From: Takakia lepidozioides | Taxonomy: Eukaryota; Plantae; Bryophyta | Direction: 5' to 3' | Length of the DNA stretch: 64,000 nucleotides | Assembly (NCBI GenBank): GCA_030704615.1 | Contig: CM060731.1 | Coordinates: forward strand, 82,956,001 to 83,020,000 | Part shown: in pieces, positions 46,975 through 57,781 of the stretch | How positions within the stretch are numbered: the stretch's first letter is position 1 | How the letters are laid out: each line of letters opens with the position of its first letter | Program-made: the position numbers and the translations under genes | The notes under the pieces: model-generated | Databases searched by the model: none | The model's input: the letters and a program-made list of their open reading frames with translations, nothing else | Told to the model about the DNA's origin: nothing

Positions 46975-47719
46975 GACAAATACCAGTGCGAATGTGCTGA
47001 TTGTGCAAAACGATAGGGGGTGGCGTAGGAGCAACTGTTGAGCTCCAATCAGGTCACATGGCCAAGGATGCATATTGGCAGTAACTGTCCGAGGCGAGAG
47101 CTTGTTTGCATACAAGGCTGAGCAGTTTGTGGCATCTGGTACAACCAATCGGTACACCCATGCGATGATGTGGAAAGATGGCAAGGGCTGGAGTTTGGAG
47201 TTCGAAGATAGGAAACAGTGGCAGGTCTTCGAAGAAATGCATGAGGAGTGCTTCCAACGGAACTCCAAGGCAGTTGCAGTGCGTCAGATCCCTATACCTG
47301 GGGTGAAGCATATTGAAGATTTTGTGCCAAAGAGTCCAGGGCCTCGTTCTGTACGTCCTCTTTCCAGATATATCTTCCAGGAGGAGGGTGAAGCTGAGAT
47401 GGCACTTGCGAAGTCACGAGTGGTCTATGACATGGACAGTGAGGATGAGCTGTGGCTAACCCAAGTCAATAGTGAGAGGGTGGGTGCTCGAGGCACGAGG
47501 TCTCGGCCCCTCATTGCTGGGGAGATCTTGGAGAGACTCATGGACAAGCTAGAGAAGGGTGCGTTCTCTGAGCAGCAGGGTGAAGTGGAACTTGTTTCAG
47601 CTGATATGGCAGCAGAGCTCTGTCATGGGCTGGCCTCGCAAGAGGTTATTAAGGCCATCCATACCCAGTGGTAAGCCAAGAGGCTGCGGAAAGGCATGGC
47701 CTTGGTGCGGCATTTTCAG
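46975..47719 (+). pseudogene. Enhancer-of-polycomb-like (EPCR-type) exon fragment
   Basis: SANVLIVQNDRGWR, NRYTHAMMWK..W.LEF.DR.QW..F.EMHEEC..RN, IPIPGV and YDMDSEDE.W. An in-frame TAA at 47672 precedes AKRLRKGMALVRHFQ|GT. There is a 5' frameshift. Confidence 0.82.
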
Positions 47720-48005
47720 GTATGTCATTGTCGTAAGGTAGGTCCGAGTCATTGGTATATACTTCATCCACTGCTAAATTTGATAAGCACTTAACTCTCT
47801 GGTCGTGTCCTGGTGAAATCTGATAAGTGACGGAGTAATTATTGTTATTCACTGTATGTCCCCGAGTGTTTTGGCCCTACATGCCCATAGTTTATTTTAT
47901 TCATATATAAGCTAGGTGGCCAAAAATTGTATACAAACAAATGGAAAATAGGTTTATCTCCACAGGGACTCAAATAATAAAGAATTTCTAGTGTAACCAA
48001 GAGAA

Positions 48006-48197
48006 AGTGAGAAGCTGGCCATAGGTTATGGGCTCCTCCGCACACCTCCGCGTCTCCTTAAGAACCTTCAGGTGTGTGGTGACTGCCACACTACTACCAA
48101 GTTCATCTCAAAGATTGTTGGGCGAAAAATTGTTGTACATGATGCAAATCGCTTTCATAACTTCCAAGATAGGGTTTGTTCTTGTGGGGAGTATTGG
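48006..48197 (+). pseudogene. DYW deaminase-domain C-terminal fragment of a PPR editing factor
   Basis: [15 protein letters not shown]...[46 protein letters not shown], with an internal deletion. It is not in the ORF track. Confidence 0.88.
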
Positions 48198-48879
48198 TGG
48201 TTCTCCCAACAGATGGAGAGGAATATATAGCTTGTAAATTGTAAACAAAGAAGAGTGAATGAATGGAACATGCCATTGTCTTTCAGATATATGCCATCAC
48301 GTGTCGTTGATGATGTAATCCAAACTTGACCATAATCACAAAAGTACATGTTTTTGAAAATTTGACCTTGGCCCACCCTTCAACTATAATAAATGGTTGT
48401 ATTTAATGAAGACAGTTTATGGAGTGTTTTGGTTTTCATATTATAAAGGATTTTATGAAAATGACTGTTATTGGTAGGTTGATAAAATACATAAAATTTA
48501 GTTTAATGAATAAAAATGTTAAAAAAACTCTCACACTAGATTCTTTATCATAATAGCAAGGGAGGGCCAAGTCCCTTATTCCAATTATGTTACAAAATCT
48601 AACAGATAATGAGTCCATAACAAGTTTTGTATGGACTGTAACAAAAGCTTATGGACTTTTCATAAAGTCCATCACTTCTAGAGATAATGGTTTTTGGCGG
48701 CAAGTCTGAGAAGGTAGATACTACATGTAGATAGGTACAATGTTGTGAGTCATTTTTAACAAATTTAATAGAAATATAAGATTGTAGATCAAAACCAACA
48801 AACTATGTATAGGAAAAATGACACAGTTACGTCAAAAAATGGACATTGTAGGCTACAATCACCCAAATACAGATATATC

Positions 48880-49140
48880 TGGGGAGATCAGAGCAAGCTC
48901 GGGGCATGACACGGCGTGAGTTGGCTATCAGACTACAGCTGGATCATCCCACAGATGGCTCAGTGATGCGAGCCAAGGTCATTCTGACAGATGCGGTCTT
49001 TTACGATATCCTAGTTGGTGGGGCAGTATTGTACCCCATGGGCTTCACCTTGGATTTTTGAGAGGATACAGCCTCCTATAGGTCTGAATGGCAGTCAGGG
49101 GAGGGCCGGCGTGTGCAACTCCCTGTGACATTCATTGGGG
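48880..49140 (+). pseudogene. Retroelement aspartic-protease-like remnant
   Basis: AKVILTDAVFYDILVGGAVLYPMGFTLDF*EDT resembles a retropepsin C-terminal half. The catalytic DTG is not seen. Confidence 0.45.
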
Positions 49141-50604
49141 GAGTTGCGATTGCCCAGCAGGGCAAGATATTGATACTAGCAGCATTCACAGCTGCAGTGA
49201 GTTGGCTTGGAAAGCTGTTGGAGGGCAATGCCCATGGAGAGGATGTGCTACCTCCAGCAGAGCATGATGACATGCATGGGGATGGTGTGGAATAATCTAT
49301 TATGGTATATAATAGACATGTCTGGTTTGGGATTTCCAGCAAGCCTGGTGGGTAGAGAGAAGAGAAGAACGAAGGGGTTATGTACTAAAGCCAAGGCAGG
49401 AGCAGAAATCCAAAGTAATTGAGGGGGAAAGTATCAAGTGAAGAGAAGAAGGGTTGAGAGATTGGTCAGAGGGGTGATGTGGTGGTTACCTGTACATAGC
49501 TCGAACTTCAATTGACAGAGATGGAGCTGTATTATACCTTGCTGGATAGACTGTGGTACCGTGGATGGAGACTGACGGGTGGTGATTTGTTGGTGGAGTC
49601 CGTCGTGGTCAGCAGAGAGCGATGAGAGGGATGTATGGAGTGGTTGAGAGGAGTGATGTTGGCCAGTGTTGGGGCCCCATCTGAGACAGAAATATTTCGT
49701 ATTAGATGGTGATGTCGGTAGATAATAGGCGTGATAAAACTTTGTGTTGTTGTGCCACGCACGGTGAGCCCTTCGATGGCGGTGCTGGTCTCGGGTGACT
49801 GGACATAGAACGTAGATAACGAGGACCACACTAAAGGTATCAAAAGAAAGATTAGAACAAGCGCCGCACAACGCTTGTGAGGATTATGGGCAGATCGAGG
49901 GGGGGAGCAAGAGGATCGTCTCGGGACCCCGAGAGATATGAGAGCAGAGGCCATGACGGCGGCCATGGCTAAGAGTAGAAACCAAGGCAAAGTAACGGAA
50001 TCGCTAAAAAGAAGAGTAAATAACATATGTTGGCCAAAGATATAGCGGAACCCTAGATAGTAAGTCATGATTAACGAATTTGACTACTAAGATGAGGAGA
50101 GGGCAGAGTTCCGCCCTTGCGAGCAGCGACTTTTTCGATCCATGGTGAAAGAACCTACGAAATGTAAACAACTATTGTCAAGCCTTTTGTTGTGAGTTCA
50201 ATTATTTGGAAATTTTATATTTTTGGAACTGGCTTAATTAATTTTCATTCTAAAATTCATCGTTGAAGTTTGGACATTGGAGAAAATGTAAATTTTGATG
50301 GTCTACGGACACCCTCTACCTTATCAGATCAGCCCATACCTAGGTCATTAGATGGTGCCACGACTTTAAATGGAGAAGAGCTGGATGTGTTGGCTACCAT
50401 TCAAGCTAGTTTTGTATGGCCAAACATTGTTCCAGTTGAGGAAAGTGCTTCAGAGAATGAATACTGTGATTCAGATTCAGAATAAAGTTGATTGTTTGGA
50501 ACCATCTGTTCAATAGCATCATCCTACAATGATTTGGACACTTGTATGTTTTTTAAAGTCTGCCACAGGTGCACAAACTACTTAAACATTTTCATGTATC
50601 ACCA

Positions 50605-51950
50605 CAGAAGTGGTACCAGTCACTGGGGTGTCTTTAACCACTCACAATCTACCATCATCCAAGTGATACCAATCACTGCGGTGTCTTTAACCACTCACTA
50701 TGTACCACTGTCCAAGTGGTACTAATCACTGAGGTGTCTTTAACCACTCACAATCTACGTCACTGTCCCCGTCCACGTGGAATATTATATTTATTAACTA
50801 AAATGTATTATCAAATGATAAATCCTAAATAAAAAATTACATTATTACACGTGGAGTAGTAAGTGGTTGACAATCATTGAGGTGTCTTTAACCACTCACG
50901 ATTTGCCACTCCCCGTTCACAAGGAATATTATATTTATTAACTAAAATATATTATCAAATAATACATCCTAAATAAAAATTACAATATTACACGTGGAGT
51001 AGTAAGTGGTTCAAACCAATGTTGTACTGGTATGTGCCAATCTGCCAGATATGTGCACTGGTATGAGTAAGGGTATTGTACAACATACCAGTTGCGTATA
51101 TCCCGAATATATCCTTGACCCGGGTTTTGAATATTGGAGGTCTACCCCCTACCTACCATACCAGTCTAAGTATGAACTATTTTCATACTGGGCTTGAGAC
51201 CCGTATTGAGGATTGATGAATCCAAGCTAGCATGGGTATTTGTGATACAATTTTTTTGTGCTTATCCTCATTCACATTTGTGTAATGTAAAAAATAGCAC
51301 TATATCTTTGGGCTCCCAGCCGCTGACATCACTGATTTGAGCCGATGGCATCATGTATCCCAACCACTACAGCATGGATCACCATAATATAATCATGTAC
51401 CAAATTAACCATGTATCAAAAATATAAATTTATAAATAACAACACCGGGGATTTGTGGTTTGCATAAAAGACATGTAAAAATAACATGAAGTTAACCTTA
51501 TAATACCATAATATATAATGTAATTGTCAAAGATACCATCCATTAAAAATATAACCATACCATTATACATACTGCCCCAATATGTCATTTGAGTTTTTGT
51601 CATACCCATGCTTAGGACCAGGGTATCTCAAAATTTGAAATACCCATACCCATCCTATAACCTACCCGGCCAGTCCTAATCTACCCGGGCCCTACCAGTT
51701 GGACCCAACAGCCAAGTTGGACCTACTAGGACTAGTGGGGTATGCCAAAATGGAGGGTATGCCAAAATGGACTACCGATACAACACAGTTGGTTCAAACC
51801 ACTTCCAACCACTCCATCTGATGCCACCGTGGCATTTCATCTGGATTGACTACTTGCCAATGGTTACCATTACTGTGAGTGGTTTATAGAGTGATAAAAT
51901 ACAAGAGTGGTTAAATGGGCCAATGGTTATTCCGCGTTTTCCTTCTAGTG
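50605..51950. mobile_element. CACTA-like non-autonomous element end with subterminal tandem repeats
   Basis: Ends ...TTTTCCTTCTAGTG at 51950 (reverse complement CACTAGAAGG). About 53-bp tandem units at 50608-50760 and a duplicated AT-rich block (50768-50869, 50911-51010), with many AACCACT/AGTGGTT motifs. Confidence 0.55.
51017..51791. mobile_element. hAT-type MITE with 8-bp TSD
   Basis: TSD GTTCAAAC at 51009-51016 and 51792-51799. Imperfect TIRs CAATGTTGTACTGGTA / TACCGATACAACACAGTTG. Subterminal TACC/GGTA motifs. Confidence 0.75.
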
Positions 51951-53099
51951 CAAGCTCACTCTTTTGTGGTTTGCAGGTCACTCCCCAGCAGAAGCAAAAC
52001 CAGAAAGTAATAATACTAGTAATAAATGCAGGTTATCCATCACTGTCGACAATGGGAGTTTGGCTTCAGGTGGGGATTGCGTCTCATTGGGACATGGGAT
52101 GGAGGTTGGCCGGTCGCAGGCCCCGCAGGCCCTACCCTTCATTGATCACTTGGTCTTCAAGGCTGCGGGAACAACTATTCTAGGGTCTGGATGGATGGAT
52201 TTTGGATGGGTGTGGCTGTATGTGTACCTCTGACCCAACTAGAGTTCCCATGTTTCGACCGTTTAACTACGAAAACTGAGGCAGTGCATGTAAAGTCCAA
52301 CAAAAAAACACGTAGGTAAGGCGTGACCGTTTTGACATTGGTCGTCTCCATTACCACCAACCTCTATGAATAATTAAAAAAACTCAAAAGGATCTATTCA
52401 CAACCTCATACAATAGGTACTCATATGCGTTGAACTGGTATTTAAATTACACACTTAAGCTAGTGGACACTACTCTCTTGGATCCTGTCCAATTTAAATC
52501 TTCCAGTGTAACTCTGACGCCTAAACCTAAACGCCAATGAGTCAGATGTGCACCATGTTCTGCATAAGGTTTCATCATATATTGGATGTAAGCAGATGCA
52601 CGTGAAAGAAAATGATACTCCATGTCAGACAGGTTTCATGTATCCAACTGGTGGGAATATCGGCACCCCGCCCCAGTGGGGCCACAAAGAAGTGTGTGGA
52701 GATCATTCCTCCAATATAAAAGCTTTTGCATCTTTCTGTTCCCAAGTCCTTCTGATGACTCAGATTAGAGGGCCCAGCACTTGATCGCGTGCCATGTACC
52801 TTTTGGCTCTCACAAAATCTATCAAGTATTCCGACCACTTGCACCTTTTTCATTGGACGATCAGATACCACGTGGTGGATTCCCCAGGTCAAAGATGGAA
52901 TATTCTCACCTAATCCCATATGTCTAAATTGAGTTCAAGACATCCCATAGACGTTTTCAAAATGGATCCATATATATGACGCCTCTGGAAGGAAGCGTAA
53001 ATTATAGTGTCTCTTGACCCCAAAGGCTACAGCCCTTCTGGCAGGAAGGTGGACACCTTTGTGACACCATTCGGTGGATTGAGCCCACAACCACTTTGG

Positions 53100-53447
53100 A
53101 CGTGGTAGGGTAGACAGGCCTATGACCGTTCATCTAATGATGGCGGAAGATCTAACGGTGAATTTTTGTCATTTTTACCCCGGATAAAATTGATAAGATG
53201 CCCCACATCCAGGGCATCCCAACACACTTGGAAGTGCATGATTTCATGAAGTCCACACAAAGTTGTAGGGTTTCAAAGTTGAACCAATCAGAAAGCTTGT
53301 GTGAACCTTGGGCCCTATGACCAATCCATCAAACAACTGTTTGCCAAGTGGCAAAAATGAGCAGTCTTGGGCCCAGCAATGGTAGCTCATGCGGCCTGAG
53401 CAGTTACGAGGTGTACTATAACGGTCATAGGGTGTTTTACCCTAGTG
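53100..53447. mobile_element. Second CACTA-like terminus
   Basis: Ends GGTCATAGGGTGTTTTACCCTAGTG, with CCTATGACC subterminal motifs at about 53119 and 53314. The left boundary is unknown. Confidence 0.45.
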
Positions 53448-55789
53448 CCCATTACCACTGGCTACAACTTGGTTGTCAATCCCCTCCCAAAGTTACTGCC
53501 AGGGATGATACAAAGTGAAGGTATATTAGTTCGTTTGTTCCCTAGTGCAAATCTCCCTAGATCTAGGGTTCCAGAATTGTTTCCCCCCCTTTCCCTCACA
53601 TAATGCGGTGGGAAATTGTGATGGGGGAACATGATCTGGAGCGGGACCCATGGGGGGATCTGAGGTGAGGCCATTTCCACATATGGATGGGTACTAGTGC
53701 CCCTCAAAGATGTAGTAGGGAATCCCAACGAGAGCATAATAACCAGGAGAATACAGTATAACCAAGCCGCAAACCCCCATAGGCTCTCCATTGAAGCAAC
53801 AATTTTGACAAGCTGCCACGTAGTTTATACTTAAGAGTTTTTCTTAGACCAATCATACTCTTGACACGGTGTAAGGTCCATTGACCACATTTTCTCCATT
53901 GACTTCAACATGATGCAAAGTCTCTGCCCTGAAGGGACAGAGCCAATAATTATTTGTATAATTAGGATAAAGAAACACGGCAATTGTATGAGCCCTTTGC
54001 CAAGAGGGTGGAGCCCCAATGGTTATGGGCGAGTACCCCTGAAGCGCCGCGCCTAGTTCGTTACCCAGCATAAAGAATTTTTTTAAAATACACATGGCAG
54101 AAGATGGTGAACCGTAAGCACTTGCCAGCCTGGCAAGATTGTTTCAGCCACTCGAAGTGCTTCGGCTCTGTAAGCCACTCGCGTGACGTGGCGCTATATG
54201 CCAGGAAATAAGGCCACCCAAAATACAAAGGGTTTTTTAAAAAAAAATCTTTACGTCAAAATGTAGGTAGTCAGTCACGTCCATCGGGAAAGGACAGTAG
54301 AGTTAGTTGGGTGAAGGCAGCAAAGCGTGCAGCATGCCTCTGCCAAAGCGAAGCATCAGTTTTTGGCCAGCGAGGGACCTGGCCGTGTAACTACTGCCTT
54401 CTTATTATTCCCATTCCTCCCAACTTGGAATCTGCGTCAATGATTAGAGCCTCGCCCCTGTGAATTATGCATCCGATCATACCCCAACCATCCATACAAT
54501 ACACCCATGCGCTCTACATTACTATTCTTTATGCCAATCATTATGTAGTCTAGTCCCACTTTTTTTATATATGCAACCAGGCTCTACTATGGGCCCCAGC
54601 TTGCCTCCATTCAAGGGACAGGACGATGAATAATTTCATCCATAGTACTTGTCATCTACGTTCATGTTTTCCCCTCTGGGTACGGGGAACGTATCCGGGG
54701 TGAGTGTACCTGGCCGCCCTAAAGCCTACTGGGGGTAGTAGAGGCGGTAGCACCGCATTAGGGGCCGTCTAGGGCTGCAGCGCGCCACGTTAGGGCGCTA
54801 CTATAAATTGGTCTTAGCTTAGATTATATTAAGTGCCTTGCAACACTACACGGACAATTTAGGGCACAGGCTTGGGTCTTTAGATTCCGAATGTGTGATC
54901 ACCCACCTATTGCTTGCTTGCTTACTCTGCCTGCTCCCCACACCCCTCTGGCCCCACCCTTGTCGCTACCCTTGTTTGATGCTCCACCACCCTACATCGT
55001 TCTATTATTATACGAAATACTAAATAATAAAACAAATCACAATATATTATTACATTGGCATATTTAGTCCTGCCGTACATGGTAGGATCCGTAGCGCAGT
55101 TTGACTCCCGAATACGAGATACGGTACGCTGCCCGAGTAGGATACGGTGGGCGGTAAAAGGGTAGCTGGGTTGCCGGCCCACCTACTCGATCACGTGGCT
55201 ACGTATCCCGACCGCGCGTACACGTACTCCGAACTCGTATAGCGGCGGAGGTAGTCTACAAGCCAATCGAATCTTTTGTGAGATTATCCGCAGTGAGATA
55301 CGAAGGTAGGTAGGTAAGTAGGCAGGCAGGCAGGTACCGAGGTGTACCGGAGAGCACAAAGCTAAGGATTCCCGAGATACAGCTTACCACGTCAAGTCAA
55401 ACGGTTTAATGCGCCGGTCCGACGTTGGTCCAACAGCAATACGATCGATGTAATGAATCAACAATATACCTGGGCCCCAGGGTCGATATGATGTTGTCCA
55501 AGTTGGTTGGAGGCGCGGCCGTTGCTAAAGTGGGCGAGCAGCCGCGATAGTGCAAACTTCAAAGCAGCCAAAATGTGACGATCCAAATAATTATAGACGG
55601 GATTGCGGGCCAGTCATCGCTACTGTTCTGCGCGCATTCAAGCCCATTCAATGCGCGCTCTTAGTCTGGCGCTAATTAAGTGGCGCCAAACCCTGGCTGG
55701 CCGTAGGCCATAGCCGCATACGGTGCCTGCTACGCTCCTCTCCGAGGAGCAGGAGATACGGGTCGCCGGATCAACGCCAAGCGGAGAGC

Positions 55790-55905
55790 GCTGTTAGAGG
55801 GAGGGAGGGAGGGAGCGAGAGGCACAGAGGGGGCGGCCAAATTTACGGTGCAAAGGGAAGGGAGAAAGGAGGGAGAGAACTGTAAGAGCGGCAGGGAGAG
55901 CTGTG
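55790..55905 (+). promoter_or_regulatory. GA-rich tract, possible promoter or 5' leader of the bHLH gene
   Basis: Purine-rich (GGGA/GA) tract after a CpG-rich region, about 1.9 kb upstream of the ATG. Confidence 0.3.
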
Positions 55906-57781
55906 CTATACGGACAGATAGCTTCTGGCACGCACGCGTGCGCTCAAGAAGTAGTAAACAGACGAGAGAATAGTGTTGTGAGTTAGAGCAAGTGATTGAG
56001 ACTGACTGACACCTCCATGCCCTGTCGCTCTCGGCGCCATCCCCGTCTCTCTGCGCTGAGCCACAGATTGTACTACCATTTGTATGTGACTATAGAGAGC
56101 CGTGCCTGTATGCTTAAGCAACTCTGCAGCTTTGACCACGGAAGCGGAAGCATAACCGGCCAGAATTGAAACTTTCACCCCGTAGTTACAGTGCTCCCTT
56201 CAGCTTTGTACTTCCTTCTGCCTTCCCTCAGGATTTGAAACCCAAATTACGTAACCACTCCATTCTGTGTCGATCGTATCATTCGAAGTTGATCCTTCAA
56301 CTTATTGCTCGTTGTAGGCTGTCAAGGGACGCAGTGGTCCCAACTCCCCAGTTGCTGAGCTAAACTGAGCCTTACTGACACACCGGTCTCCCAGCTGGAC
56401 TCTCTCGAGTCCCACCCGTTGCTTAGCCTGCGCAGGGACATAAGGCTCCATCACCATTGACTCGTTTTGAGTGTGCTTCATCAAGCCTGCATTGCTCTGC
56501 CCGTCCAACTTTCCTCAATCAAGGGTATTCCAACTTCAGAGTTCAACTCGACAGAGTTGCTATACGCCTGTGCCGCATGAAATCTTCAGTCCTTTATTAC
56601 GAGCTTCATGCCCTCGATGTTGTGCAAGGCTCCGGGCTTGATATCATTGTGCTCTCTAGATCAAAATTACTGGTTTGCAAGTCTTCTCAAGTAGGATTCC
56701 AGAATCGATATTGTTGACTGTCTCCGAAAGAAGTCTCTGCAGCAAATAGTTGCCAACAAGCAATCTCCGCAATTGATCCCTGGGTTCACTATTTGGCCTC
56801 TCTAAGTCTTTGTACAATCTTCTGCCCCAAGTTCCAAGTCCCGGGGGAACCATTTCTGACCATTTCGCATTCGTTCGGAGGCTGGTGAGCGTTGAGGTGG
56901 TGGCCAGCATTTCAGTCCAATGAGCATCAGGTATCTTTTCAAGTCTTTTTGTGATTCACCACTTTGTGAAGGCGGGGGTGGTTAGCGCCGGGACAGATAG
57001 ACTTCCCAAAAGTGACAAGTACAGAGGTACTAGCTATAGCTATAGTCCGGGTAACTTCAAAGCGTTTGTAAGTCACTGCAGGGAAGTTTTTCACAGGAAG
57101 GCTAGAAAACATCCTCTCAAAGTGTGACTCGTCTTCGAATAAAATTGTGCAGTGGAATCTAACCGACGCTCCCATACAATCCAGTTTCCCATGGAAACAT
57201 CGTTAGTTGGTGTGAATACTATAAAATGTTGTAACTATTGAGTTAGAGCTCAAGCTTATGCCTGCGAAAGATGTTGTATAGAACCTTTGATTGTCGAAGT
57301 CAGGATTCTTGCTACGTGCTTCGAAGCTCTCGGAATAACACCTCCGTGGGATCTGCTCAGATTAGGCCTAAGGCTTGAGGTGCTTGAATCTTTAGTACAG
57401 AAAATGGAATGACAGGAATATGACTGCGCTTGCTCTTAGGCAGGTGCCTTCTTAGTGAACTAATCCTTTGTTCCTAAGGTGTTTATCTTGATCAGGCTCT
57501 AGAGCTGGCGATTCCGATCTCTCTGTCGGTCACTTCATGCACTTGTTGGTGTCAGCGACTATCTAATTAACTCTGCATGGCGATGTTTTTCGACAGCTTT
57601 ATTTCAGTTTGGTGTGGATCTGAGATGACTACTCAAATCCTTAAGTCCAAGACCTCTAACAAGGAGAAGTTCTTTGCCACACGGTTCCCCTCTGTTCATC
57701 CCGGGAGTCGATAACAGTGAAGCTTCGTTTGCTACACCAGGTTCGGTCCAGAACAACCAAGAGGTTTTTCTATCAGTGTAT

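Noticed and set aside
47075-47674. Functional Enhancer-of-polycomb-like gene
   Set aside because: It has an in-frame stop before the splice donor, an upstream frameshift and no other exons.
49434-50068. Membrane-protein ORFs on the minus strand
   Set aside because: There is a hydrophobic stretch but no recognisable family motif, and stops follow. At best it is another unidentifiable fragment.
52548-54095. Short ORFs as genes
   Set aside because: No recognisable domains and multiple stops in all frames. Probably decayed TE sequence.
57674-57781. TTG start for the bHLH protein
   Set aside because: This is a eukaryotic gene, so the first in-frame ATG at 57782 is the supported start.
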